Positions 8,494 through 17,143 of a DNA stretch of 64,000 nt are shown here, piece after piece. The translations under genes and the position numbers were made by a program. Numbering within the stretch: the first letter of the stretch is position 1; each line of letters opens with the position of its first letter. The notes beneath the pieces are model-generated. The model made no database searches, was not told where the DNA came from, and saw only the letters and a list, made by a program, of their open reading frames with translations. The stretch comes from a virus, in the IMG/VR virus record IMGVR_UViG_3300022562_001757, positions 1 through 64,000 of that record. One strand, given 5' to 3'.

Positions 8494-8531
8494 GGCCGGC
8501 GCTCTACCATTGAGCTATGCGTCTGCACCCT

Positions 8532-8795
8532 CTAGTCCTGCGTTTCAATGCACGACAGCTCTTTACCGAGTCCCAACAGCGCATACGCTAAATGAGCCAG
8601 CAACTCTGCATCATGTACACGTTGCACGGTGTCACCACGATCCCCATCCAGCACGCTACCAGCAACAGCGGCCAAGCGCGCCCGCAGCACGGCCTCCACG
8701 CCTGCTTGGTAGCTTCCATTCAGCAGAGGCGTACCGTCCAGGGTTTCCCCGAAATATCGCGCCAATGCCTCAGCGATTGTCATGCGCCGGCTCAT
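8532..8795 (-). CDS. hypothetical protein
   Basis: ATG 8795 overlaps the stop of the upstream gene (ATGA); AAGGAAG upstream. Confidence 0.55.
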   Translation of the reverse strand: MSRRMTIAEALARYFGETLDGTPLLNGSYQAGVEAVLRARLAAVAGSVLDGDRGDTVQRVHDAELLAHLAYALLGLGKELSCIETQD

Positions 8796-8998
8796 CCGTG
8801 CTCTTCCTTTTTCAGCGCGCTCCTCATAGCGCAATGGTGGCACAAGTCACGTCCGCCGTCTTGGCGCCGCCACAGGCGCAGCGTTTCCAAGTTTTTTCTT
8901 AGTAGGTGTGGCTTGGCACCCGAATACGTGTAGCCGTGCCCGTAGGTGTCGTCTACGACTTTGCACTCGTCGCAAACGATCCGGATTTCGATACTCAT
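8792..8998 (-). CDS. small zinc-binding protein
   Basis: IVCDECK...W...DGGRDLCHHC; similar to 43532..43762; starts 2 nt after the tRNA-Ala 3' end. Confidence 0.6.
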   Translation of the reverse strand: MSIEIRIVCDECKVVDDTYGHGYTYSGAKPHLLRKNLETLRLWRRQDGGRDLCHHCAMRSALKKEEHG

Positions 8999-9000
8999 AG

Positions 9001-9073
9001 TGGAGGATATCGGGATCGAACCGATGACCCCCGCCGTGCAAGGGCGGTGCTCTCCCAGCTGAGCTAATCCCCC
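9001..9073 (-). tRNA. tRNA-Ala(UGC)
   Basis: GGGGGAT-TA-GCTC-AGCTGGGA-GAGC-A-CCGCC-CT-TGC-AC-GGCGG-GGGTC-ATCGG-TTCGATC-CCGAT-ATCCTCC-A; G3:U70 Ala identity; CCA not encoded. Confidence 0.97.
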
Positions 9074-9077
9074 GGGA

Positions 9078-9149
9078 TAGCGGCGGTCGGAATTGAACCG
9101 ACGTAGGCAGGCGTATGAGACCCGCTCGGAAGCCAGCATCCTCACCGCT
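9078..9149 (-). tRNA. non-canonical tRNA with CAU anticodon (Met-type)
   Basis: AGCGGTG-A-GGA-TGCTGGCT-TCC-GA-GCGGGT-CT-CAT-AC-GCCTGC-CTAC-GTCGG-TTCAATT-CCGAC-CGCCGCT-A. Confidence 0.85.
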
Positions 9150-9197
9150 GACCTGACATTATAGCGTGCCATCGTAATGTGTCTAGCGTTCCACTGC

Positions 9198-9962
9198 TCA
9201 GTCGGTCTTATCTTTAGCGTCTACCACGCTAGCTTCCAGCTGCACTGCTGGTACTTTGGCGAGCGGTTTCGGCACCACGGTGGCCGCCAATGGCATTGGC
9301 CTAGGTGCTACTGCTGCTGGCCTAGGTGCTACTGGCTGAGTATCCCTTGCGATTTTCAAAGCGTGCCGCCCATCTACAGAAATGGCAGCAGACTTGGAAA
9401 TCTCATTGAAGATCACCAGTCCGCGATCATGTAGTGTTTTAGCCACATAGATGTTTGGCCCGCGCAAGAAAAGGCGCTTGCTAGTCGAAAGGCTTTCTAG
9501 CAGCTGCCGTTGCGGAACAGTAAGTCTTGGCATCCAGGAATCGGCAGATTTCTCATCCTCGTCGTCGTCCTCGTCGTCGTCCTCGTCGTCCTCATCCTCG
9601 TCGTCGTCTAGATCGTCGTCGTCGTCGTCCTCATCCTCGTCGTCGTCTAGATCGTCCTCGTCGTCATCTTCATCGTCGTCTAGATCGTCCTCATCCTCGT
9701 CATCATCCTCGTCATCATCCTCGTCATCATCCTCGTCATCATCCTCCTCGCCCCAGTCGTCGTCGGCGCACCCACGTCCCCATTCATGGAAGTTGTGGCA
9801 CAAATTTACATATCCGGCATCGGCTACCGCTTCTGCGAGGTCCTCCCACAGATTACGGATGGCTGGTGGAATTTTCTTGGGGTTCGCCAGCACCAATGCG
9901 ATGGCGTTGTTGATGATGGAAAGGTCCGCTGACAACCTCGTTGGACGATAGACTTTTGCCAT
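9198..9962 (-). CDS. wHTH-like protein with long Asp/Glu tract (paralog 1 of 3)
   Basis: GGAGA RBS and ATG 9962; W.DL..AV.DAGY N-domain, acidic tract, W..LT.PQRQLL...RGP...GLV....A.I...GR domain, Pro/Ala tail. Confidence 0.8.
   Translation of the reverse strand: MAKVYRPTRLSADLSIINNAIALVLANPKKIPPAIRNLWEDLAEAVADAGYVNLCHNFHEWGRGCADDDWGEEDDDEDDDEDDDEDDDEDEDDLDDDEDDDEDDLDDDEDEDDDDDDLDDDEDEDDEDDDEDDDEDEKSADSWMPRLTVPQRQLLESLSTSKRLFLRGPNIYVAKTLHDRGLVIFNEISKSAAISVDGRHALKIARDTQPVAPRPAAVAPRPMPLAATVVPKPLAKVPAVQLEASVVDAKDKTD
9552..9750 (-). repeat. GAY/GAG low-complexity repeat encoding poly-Asp/Glu
   Basis: GATGATGACGAG and GACGATCTAGAC tandem units. Confidence 0.9.
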
Positions 9963-9988
9963 TTTTGGTCTCTCCGTTGTGCCGTCTG

Positions 9989-10285
9989 CTACTTCTTGCT
10001 GTGGCGTGCGCGGTGGTCTATGCACACATTGCAGCGGCACTCTACCTCGTCCTCAACCTTGATAGAAGTAAAAATCTCCACGCTACCGAAAAATTCTCCG
10101 GCCATCCCGCCTTCACCAAATAATGATCCATCGACCGGTGGAGCATACATGCTACGAATGACCTTCAATGGACGGTAAAACGCTCGCTGAGATGTCTGCT
10201 GGCAGGCTTCTTGCGCAGACTGTGCCTCTACGTACACCGGAATCAGCGGCCCGATTGAGCTGTGAAATACTACTTTGTAGTGCAT
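9989..10285 (-). CDS. hypothetical protein
   Basis: 98-aa ORF fills the gap between paralogs; ends CRCNVC. Confidence 0.55.
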   Translation of the reverse strand: MHYKVVFHSSIGPLIPVYVEAQSAQEACQQTSQRAFYRPLKVIRSMYAPPVDGSLFGEGGMAGEFFGSVEIFTSIKVEDEVECRCNVCIDHRARHSKK

Positions 10286-10321
10286 CGTTAGGTGCCGTTT
10301 TCAATTCTTGCCGTACGCTGT

Positions 10322-11083
10322 CTAGTCTACTTTTGCCGCCTCCGTCTTAGCAGCTTTGGCTGCCTCCAGACGCGCTTTCTTCGCAGCTCTGGCCGCAAGA
10401 AACTCCTTGCCGGCAGCAGTTGCAGAAGCCCAATGGTAGGGATCGACGTAGCAAAGGGTAGCAAGACCCCAGTCTTCAAGCACTTTTGCTGCGCGATGTA
10501 GTGCGCCACCGCTAACGTCCACGACGCCAAGCTTGCCGATGTCAGACAAAAGGCGCTGCTGTGGAGCATTGAGCTGCGACCACTGCATTTTGTACTCTTT
10601 TAAGCTGCCGTTCTTGACTTCTCTGGCAGCGAGTTGCGCTCTTCCGGCAGCCGTGATGCTGGCAAAGTAGCTGTTCAAGTTGCTCTTGGACAGCAGCACA
10701 AGCCCATGCTTTTGGAGTATCGACGCCACCTGTAGCTTAGGGCCTCTTACGTGCTTTCTGCCAACGTGCTCGCCGACTTCGATTAAGAGTTGCCTTTGTG
10801 GATACGTAAGTTGCGACCACTTCCGTGGCTGCGCTCGGTTTTTCTCTTCGACAGCGTCTTCTTTCATGTACCCTGCATCGCGGACTGCGGCAACAAGGTC
10901 TGCCCACTGCGCGTAGATGACGTCCGGTACGTCTCCGGGATCAACAATGGACATTTCTACGGCGCAATCAATGAGAACGAGATGAGCTGCCATGTAAGCC
11001 TTAGTTGCCGTCTGTGCCTCCAGCACGCGCTGTCCTCGATACGTGCGTCGACGGTTGGCTTTGACCTCTTCAGTCCTTTTCAT
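10322..11083 (-). CDS. protein with two tandem wHTH-like domains (paralog 2 of 3)
   Basis: WADLVAAVRDAGY; WSQLTYPQRQLL...ITAAGR and WSQLNAPQQRLL...ATAAGK. Confidence 0.8.
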   Translation of the reverse strand: MKRTEEVKANRRRTYRGQRVLEAQTATKAYMAAHLVLIDCAVEMSIVDPGDVPDVIYAQWADLVAAVRDAGYMKEDAVEEKNRAQPRKWSQLTYPQRQLLIEVGEHVGRKHVRGPKLQVASILQKHGLVLLSKSNLNSYFASITAAGRAQLAAREVKNGSLKEYKMQWSQLNAPQQRLLSDIGKLGVVDVSGGALHRAAKVLEDWGLATLCYVDPYHWASATAAGKEFLAARAAKKARLEAAKAAKTEAAKVD

Positions 11084-11121
11084 TGGCCGTTTCCATTCTG
11101 CTGGCAGTCCTCGCCATCTGT

Positions 11122-11598
11122 CTAGCCCCAGTTATCGCATTCATCCCAGTCAAGCAATGCTTTTCCAGCAGGAGTAATGCTCGCAAAATAGTTGCGCGAA
11201 TCCGTACTTTCCAGCAATGCTAGACCATGTCGCTGGAGTGAATTTGCCACCGCCAGCTTTGGACCCCGTACGCGCATCTTTCCTGGACAGTCCAGATCGA
11301 ATAGAAGCTGCTTCTGCGGCTCCGTTAGCTTCGACCATTTCGGGAGGTTCGTTGCTGCCGATATTTCCGCTGCACTGTCGTGCTGCTTCGGCTCTTCTAC
11401 ATAGCCGGCCTTGCTCACCGCGACGACGAGGTCCTTCCACAGTGGATAGAGCGCATCGCTGACGTCGTTCGGATCGGCCAACGCTAGCTCGATGGCGCGG
11501 TCGAGGATGGCAAAGTGAACATCCACTCTGGCTTTAGTGGCTTTCCAGATGCCCATCATGCGACGGCAGCGGCTGGATTGTCGAGGCTTAGTAGTCAT
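11122..11598 (-). CDS. wHTH-like protein (paralog 3 of 3)
   Basis: WKDLVVAVSKAGY; WSKLTEPQKQLL...VRGPKLAVA...FASITPAGK; ATG 11598 fits a leaderless start. Confidence 0.75.
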   Translation of the reverse strand: MTTKPRQSSRCRRMMGIWKATKARVDVHFAILDRAIELALADPNDVSDALYPLWKDLVVAVSKAGYVEEPKQHDSAAEISAATNLPKWSKLTEPQKQLLFDLDCPGKMRVRGPKLAVANSLQRHGLALLESTDSRNYFASITPAGKALLDWDECDNWG

Positions 11599-11604
11599 GC
11601 ATTT

Positions 11605-11634
11605 TTGGTAGCACCGCGATATCACGATGTCAAT
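11605..11634 (-). promoter_or_regulatory. sigma70-like promoter with conserved spacer
   Basis: ATTGACA-TCGTGATATCGCGGTGC(17)-TACCAA, 6 nt before ATG 11598. Confidence 0.7.
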
Positions 11635-11644
11635 AAAATTGTGG

Positions 11645-12136
11645 CTAGCTATCTCTTGGCATTCGGCCGTAATCGCTGTCGGTGAATAGCAGCTTCACCG
11701 AAACAACCTCGGTGCCAGATTCCATTACCAAGCACCAGCTAACGGTATAGGCATGGCGGCTAAGGTTGACCACGTCGCAGAACTCGGCCAAGTCTTGCTT
11801 CCACTGAGGAATTTCGTCGCGACGATTGAGTACGTCAGGATATTTTCCTAGCTTGACGAATTCTGTCGACCGCATTGCCGCTACCAGCAGCCCAGCGTTT
11901 CGAGGAAAAACATTGATGCGGTTTTGCCATTCTGGCAAGTTGGCCGTCTGCTCAATGTCCTCCCGCAAGTTGCTCCTTCCCGTCCCCAGTGCACGATCTG
12001 CCTCCATGGCGTCTTCTGGTAGCCAATCATCATCGGATGTGGTGACGCGGAAGCCATAAAACAACACCGCATTGAGCGGCTTAGCTGTTTTTGACCCAGT
12101 GCTGAGCATGTAGTGGAGGGTTTCTAGCGCACTCAT
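11645..12136 (-). CDS. hypothetical protein
   Basis: 163-aa ORF, co-oriented. Confidence 0.65.
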   Translation of the reverse strand: MSALETLHYMLSTGSKTAKPLNAVLFYGFRVTTSDDDWLPEDAMEADRALGTGRSNLREDIEQTANLPEWQNRINVFPRNAGLLVAAMRSTEFVKLGKYPDVLNRRDEIPQWKQDLAEFCDVVNLSRHAYTVSWCLVMESGTEVVSVKLLFTDSDYGRMPRDS

Positions 12137-12224
12137 CTGTTCTCACGTCCTGATAGTAAAGGGCTACCACATGAGCGGTAATGCCCAAGAGTAGCGACAT
12201 GAACGGCAAAACTCAAGCAGAAAA

Positions 12225-14177
12225 TCAGGGATAATCGACGCGCAGCACGTAGAGGTGCACGGCGTCTTGATGGCGACACTGGACCGGCATGTGCAAAATG
12301 CCGAAGAGGAACCAGGTGCCAATTTCGGCAGGGAAGGGAGAATCTAGGATCTGGGCAAAAAGTCCCACTTCGCCAATGCGGTCGATGGCCGCTCCAGCAG
12401 GAACGCGGCACCAGTAGTAGACATGCTTTGGCGTTGAGGTGTAGTCGGTCGTCACCTTTGTGATGGGGAATCTGGCGATCTCATTGATGAGCGCCACGTC
12501 AGCTTTTACCACCGGAACGATGGTCTTGGGATCGAGCGGATCGTAGCCGCTATTTCCCACGCCAAATTCCAGCACGGCGTACACGGTGCCGTCACCACCC
12601 GCAGCGCGCGCAATGAAAGTGTCCGCGGCATCGGTGAGCAAAAATGAGCTGCCACCGGATGCTCCGGTCACGTCGGGCGCCGTTTGGATCTCTACCAAGA
12701 CGGCGCTCAAGTAGACCTCGCCCGACAAAATCACCATTCCATATTCGGCATCAAGTGTTCCTGTCGTCCACTTAGTACCAGTTACGGGATGGGTGAAGAA
12801 GTCCTCTTTCACATCAAACCAGGTGGCACCCGTACCTTCAATGCGTACCGGCAATCCCATGTATGTTTCGCCGGTCCAGCGAATGAGAGGCGCTATCACG
12901 GCTTCGGATGTCGTACCTAAGCGCAACCGCAGCCGCACTTGAACATTCAGAATTTGCTCTCCGGCTGGAACGACAAACGTATCCGCGTCCGTGTCGAACG
13001 TCGCATACAGTGCGGTACCAGCAGTGTCCGCGTTGCCACCGACGTAGCTGGCTGCATCATCCGGCGGATTGTCGTCCACGTCTTCCCACCGAGCTTCACC
13101 AGCACCTGGCACCAACGGAGGCAAGTCCGTATGGAAGCCATCGGCTACCGGCACCGCAGTCATTGTGGTAGCAGGTAGGTATTTGAGCCACACATCGGCT
13201 TCCATGGAGGTCATTCTGACTTCTGGACCAGCGTCAACATTGACGAGGCCAATCTCCATGGCGTTCACATCACCCAGGAGCCAGTCTGAGGCGGCCGGTA
13301 AGCCGCTTGGGAAGCCGCTGGAAGGCTCCGTAACCCAGGTCTCGCTGATGGGCTCCCAGGGGCCTCCTGGTTCGACTACGAGGCCGTCTGTCGTGGTAGC
13401 CCCATCGTAGTCCGCACCGCCGCTTCGGATACGCACCTTGACGGTCGCTGGAAGGGTAGCGTCATCGTTGCGCACGAGCGCGCTGGCACGCACCCGGTCG
13501 ATGTCGCCGGGGAACAAGGCCGGTCCGATATCGCCGACGCCAGCGGTGTAGGCATCGAGGGCTGCGGTGGAACTGAGGTAGCTCAAGTTGCCATCGAATG
13601 GCGGAGTCAGATGGCGGAACTTATCGGCGCCTCCTGGTGTGGCTGTCCATCCTGTATGGAAGCCTTCTGCATCCGGAATGGTGGTCCAATGGGGATACAA
13701 TTCCGTGTGTACGTGCAGTTCCATTTTCGTGCAACGTAGCGGCTCACCAGAAATGTAAACCAATCCGATCTGGAGCTTGTTGAGTTTTACCGTATTCCAC
13801 GCATTTCCATCAGGCAGCGTGATGTAGGTACGGTTCTGCTCGATGTACGACGTGCTGCTGATGGTGAAGTCTTCAGAGTCATAATCCACGCCAAGGTAGC
13901 GCAGACGGAAACGAAACGTGGTGGGGTTGGCCAAGGTGGTACGCACCGTTGCGACCAACGTCACACCAGGGATTCTGTGTGGACGAGGGAAATTTGTGAG
14001 GTCGAGGTTCGTCAGCTCAACGGTAAACGCATCGAGCGGTGTGCTGGTATAGACGTAACTGGCGTCGCCATCGTGGTCAGCATCATCGATGTTCTGCCAA
14101 CGTGGCGCCGCGGGCAGTACATTCCACCCGGCGTTGTAGTACCCGATGGCATTCGGGCGAAGGACAAGGTTGGCCAT
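12225..14177 (-). CDS. virion tail/baseplate-associated protein with three beta-rich repeats and a C-terminal tail-collar (gpH N-term/DUF3751-like) domain
   Basis: Three L.P.A.G...W...DGD.SY repeats; C-terminal FGVGNSGYDP...ALINEIAR...IGEVGLFA. Confidence 0.7.
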   Translation of the reverse strand: MANLVLRPNAIGYYNAGWNVLPAAPRWQNIDDADHDGDASYVYTSTPLDAFTVELTNLDLTNFPRPHRIPGVTLVATVRTTLANPTTFRFRLRYLGVDYDSEDFTISSTSYIEQNRTYITLPDGNAWNTVKLNKLQIGLVYISGEPLRCTKMELHVHTELYPHWTTIPDAEGFHTGWTATPGGADKFRHLTPPFDGNLSYLSSTAALDAYTAGVGDIGPALFPGDIDRVRASALVRNDDATLPATVKVRIRSGGADYDGATTTDGLVVEPGGPWEPISETWVTEPSSGFPSGLPAASDWLLGDVNAMEIGLVNVDAGPEVRMTSMEADVWLKYLPATTMTAVPVADGFHTDLPPLVPGAGEARWEDVDDNPPDDAASYVGGNADTAGTALYATFDTDADTFVVPAGEQILNVQVRLRLRLGTTSEAVIAPLIRWTGETYMGLPVRIEGTGATWFDVKEDFFTHPVTGTKWTTGTLDAEYGMVILSGEVYLSAVLVEIQTAPDVTGASGGSSFLLTDAADTFIARAAGGDGTVYAVLEFGVGNSGYDPLDPKTIVPVVKADVALINEIARFPITKVTTDYTSTPKHVYYWCRVPAGAAIDRIGEVGLFAQILDSPFPAEIGTWFLFGILHMPVQCRHQDAVHLYVLRVDYP

Positions 14178-14180
14178 CGT

Positions 14181-14309
14181 TTACATGCGTCCAATCAAGA
14201 GCGCCAATGCTAGCAAGGTAATTGAAGCAACCAAGACCCACCACCACACGGGAGGGCGTTTTTTGCCCTGCACTTCGCGAAGAATGCGGAGGATCTCTTT
14301 GCGCTCCAT
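14181..14309 (-). CDS. small single-pass membrane protein (42 aa)
   Basis: GGAG RBS; MERKEILRILREVQGKKRPPVWWWVLVASITLLALALLIGRM; below the ORF-track cutoff. Confidence 0.6.
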   Translation of the reverse strand: MERKEILRILREVQGKKRPPVWWWVLVASITLLALALLIGRM

Positions 14310-14356
14310 CGGTCACACTCCAAGCTAAGCACGGTTTTTTGCCTCAACAGATGGCG

Positions 14357-14722
14357 CTAGTGGCATGTCACTGCCAGCACAGCGTTTTTGACTTGAGCAA
14401 GCCACAAGTCTAACTGGCGGCGCCAAGCACTATACTCACGCGATTGTGGCTGCATATTTGGCGGCGGTGACGGCGCTGCGGCTGTCACGATGGCTTTGTA
14501 TTGAAGATGCTCTGGAAGACAACGACGTGCTTTGGACGCGTAGTCAGCATTGGGGCAACAAATAGCCCACGCCACTGCATGGCCAAGCTGTGTACCGTCA
14601 CGTCCATAAAAAACGTTGGTGTCGGTATCGAACTTCCATGCGTCGTGTACCAGGTTGCCTTGCTCGTCGAACAAGGTAATACCGGTGAGCCATCGTTCGA
14701 TAGCATTGCGATCGATGATCAT
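14357..14722 (-). CDS. hypothetical protein
   Basis: 121-aa ORF, start overlaps the upstream stop. Confidence 0.6.
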   Translation of the reverse strand: MIIDRNAIERWLTGITLFDEQGNLVHDAWKFDTDTNVFYGRDGTQLGHAVAWAICCPNADYASKARRCLPEHLQYKAIVTAAAPSPPPNMQPQSREYSAWRRQLDLWLAQVKNAVLAVTCH

Positions 14723-15204
14723 GCTTGCACCACAACACGCAATCCGTAGCGCATGGATGAGTTCTTTGCGATCATTGGAAAGTGTGCCGTGGCGAAGAGG
14801 ACGAACGTTCCGTTCTCCGCCGCCACAGGCGAACCGTGAATTTCTGCCCAGATGCCAATTTCTCCCAGCGTCTCGTTGGCCTCTGCGTTTTCAAGCACAC
14901 AGTGAAACGATGTGGCACGTTCGTTTGGCTGCTCCCATTGGTTAATGCTGTCACGAAAAATCTCGTCATCCAGCGCTTGGGAATCCGGATTTACCGGAAC
15001 AGCAGCCGCAAAATCAAACGGGTCAAATCCTCCGCGGCCTACCGAAAACTCTTTTCCGCGCAAGCATGTCCCGTCGGTCGACCCACGTGCGACCAGGTGC
15101 TGCGCTAACGTGGTCATTTCAGCGTCAACCTGTAGCAGCAATAGCGGTGTAGGATCACCACCAAATGACGCACCGCCGAAACTGCTAATGCCAAAGCTGC
15201 TCAT
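14719..15204 (-). CDS. tail-collar/fibre attachment-like protein (gpH N-term/DUF3751-like)
   Basis: FSVGRGGFDP...ALDDEIFR...EANETLGEIGIWA...FATAHFPMIAK. Confidence 0.65.
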   Translation of the reverse strand: MSSFGISSFGGASFGGDPTPLLLLQVDAEMTTLAQHLVARGSTDGTCLRGKEFSVGRGGFDPFDFAAAVPVNPDSQALDDEIFRDSINQWEQPNERATSFHCVLENAEANETLGEIGIWAEIHGSPVAAENGTFVLFATAHFPMIAKNSSMRYGLRVVVQA

Positions 15205-16898
15205 GGCACCGCGACGTAGGCAGCAAGCCAGTACGTGCTGCCGTTGAGTTCAACCTGCACCATGCGGCTAAAATCCCAGCCCGGGTTAGTTGATTTGGTG
15301 TGCGGCCCTACCATGGCGCCGTCTCCATCAACGTTTGAAATCGAGTCCGTTTGATTCGCCGATTCCTGCCCATCGAAGCTGATGAAGGGCTTGTCGATGT
15401 CGTTCTGGTCCAAATTCAGGATTTCCGTTCCAACGCCTGCATCGGAGGAAATGGTGAGCAAGCCAGTTTTGGTCATCGATAGCCTGGACGTACCTCCAAG
15501 AGGCGCGCCGGCTAGCAGCTCCAAAATTGGACCAGTGCCTTGCTGACCAATGCGCATTCCAGATGTAGTGCTGTTCACTTCCATATCGGAATGCCCGTCT
15601 TGGTAAAAGTGCCAACGGGTAACAGCGGCATTACCATCTTGTAGCTTGAGTAGCTCACTTGTAACCGCAGAGTCCTGCGTGATTAGCAATGCGGGGCTAG
15701 TCGACGTGTCTGCCTTCAATTCAGTGTGCCCATCGACGCGCACAATAAATCGTCCAGCCACCGGAACCGCCAACGTCCCTTCAACCAATGCTAGTAGAAA
15801 GGAATCCGAAGCACCTGCATCGTTCGCTGCTGCGATCGAGGCAATGAACGTTCCAGGCGATGTATCCAACGCCAGTCCGTAGCCTGTACCACTTTGGGAC
15901 ACCAGAATAGAAGCACCGGACCCAGCATTGGACACATACAATGCTGCTTGATCGTCGGAGGCATTTGTATTGTTGACCTCCACGATAGCGGCATCGGTAG
16001 AAGCTGCTGCGAGGTTACGCGTGAGCACCATGCCAGCGCCTGTCGTCACTGTTTGTGTAAATGTCAGGCTGCTGCCATCGATGGTAAGCGTGGTGCTGTT
16101 GTTATAGATATCGTCCCAGCCATAAGCAGCCACTTCGTCAATGGCCCCCACAATGCTGGTTGCCGTGGTGGTCAATGTTGTAGAGCCAACCTCGTTGAAC
16201 GGAATGGCGCCAGAACCACGTGCGGCAAATGTCAGGTCGAATGCACCGGTCGTACTTAGGTTGAGCACGTTGCTCGGATTACTGATATCGTACGCACCAG
16301 CACCATTAAACGTCAGGCTACCCGCTAGCTTTCCTTCGATGATCACCGCAGCCCCGGTGGCAGCCGTATCACCGATAATGATTTGCGCCGCGGAGCTATC
16401 AGTGCGCAGATATTCCACCGTTCCATCGTCTATGACGAAGTCATCTGGCGATGTGAGCGTCCACGTCAGTGTGCCAGCATTGATTGCCAGGTCTTTGTCC
16501 ACCGCGTAGATGGAATCCCACGTAGCAAACGCACCGGCAGTCAAGTCGGTAAATGTAGCTACCGGATCACCACCCTTGTGGAATGAAACGTTTCCCGTAC
16601 CGGTGGCGATGAAAAGTCCGTCTTCGGCGATTGCTCCTGGCCACTGCGCATGCTCACCAGCAAACCGCAATCCTTGGTTGGGAGAGCCGGCAACACTCAA
16701 CGTCGCCCAGTCCAAACTTGTCGTGACTGCGCTATCCGTAATGCCAAGCCGTGCTTGCATTGCCAGTACGCTGTCGTTCAAGTTGTTGCGGTAAAGGGCG
16801 TCGATATTCTTTGCCGGGTCGACGACGGGAAAAGCATTGACGAACGGTCCGCCAAGCGTAACGGCATCATCGAACGCGCCAGGATAATTGGTCGCCAT
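15201..16898 (-). CDS. tail fibre-like protein
   Basis: MATNYPGAFD anchor, L.T.AT.IVGAI.E collar motif, Gly/Thr/Ala-rich beta repeats, C-terminal VELNGSTYWLA. Confidence 0.7.
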   Translation of the reverse strand: MATNYPGAFDDAVTLGGPFVNAFPVVDPAKNIDALYRNNLNDSVLAMQARLGITDSAVTTSLDWATLSVAGSPNQGLRFAGEHAQWPGAIAEDGLFIATGTGNVSFHKGGDPVATFTDLTAGAFATWDSIYAVDKDLAINAGTLTWTLTSPDDFVIDDGTVEYLRTDSSAAQIIIGDTAATGAAVIIEGKLAGSLTFNGAGAYDISNPSNVLNLSTTGAFDLTFAARGSGAIPFNEVGSTTLTTTATSIVGAIDEVAAYGWDDIYNNSTTLTIDGSSLTFTQTVTTGAGMVLTRNLAAASTDAAIVEVNNTNASDDQAALYVSNAGSGASILVSQSGTGYGLALDTSPGTFIASIAAANDAGASDSFLLALVEGTLAVPVAGRFIVRVDGHTELKADTSTSPALLITQDSAVTSELLKLQDGNAAVTRWHFYQDGHSDMEVNSTTSGMRIGQQGTGPILELLAGAPLGGTSRLSMTKTGLLTISSDAGVGTEILNLDQNDIDKPFISFDGQESANQTDSISNVDGDGAMVGPHTKSTNPGWDFSRMVQVELNGSTYWLAAYVAVP

Positions 16899-16906
16899 CG
16901 GTACCT

Positions 16907-17143
16907 CTACTTAGGCTGCAATGCCTTCAGCTCCTCGCGCAACGCCTCAAGCGCCCGCTGAGCATCTGGTAAAAGTTTCTGGTCAATCAAACTGGCTTCG
17001 AGCGTAAGGCTCATGCGGCGTTGTCGTAGCGCTTCAAGGTGCGACGCTGCGGCTTGGATTTTCGTTTGGAGCAGCTCGATACGCAGCTTGGCGTTGACCT
17101 CTTCAAGCGACGCAGGCTTTTTGATATCGAGCGTTTCGTTCAC
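16907..17143 (-). CDS. small coiled-coil protein (putative fibre chaperone)
   Basis: Heptad-rich 78 aa next to a fibre gene. Confidence 0.55.
   Translation of the reverse strand: MNETLDIKKPASLEEVNAKLRIELLQTKIQAAASHLEALRQRRMSLTLEASLIDQKLLPDAQRALEALREELKALQPK

Larger units (their letters stand above)
7817..8524 (-). pseudogene. tRNA gene (probably Val-UAC) split by an antisense HNH gene; 5' part 8490..8524, 3' part 7817..7846
   Basis: 5' part AGACGCA-TA-GCTC-AATGGTA-GAGC-G-CCGGC-CC-TAC; 3' part AAGTT-CCCAG-TTCAAGT-CTGGG-TGCGTCT-A; acceptor strands pair 7/7; the 3' anticodon strand (GCCGG) is absent. Confidence 0.85.

Noticed and set aside
8792-9172. 126-aa ORF spanning the tRNAs
   Set aside because: Its N-terminal half is just the two tRNA genes; the real gene most likely starts at 8998.
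9451-9951. Poly-Ser and Arg/Pro/His ORFs on the plus strand
   Set aside because: They are antisense readings of the Asp/Glu tract.
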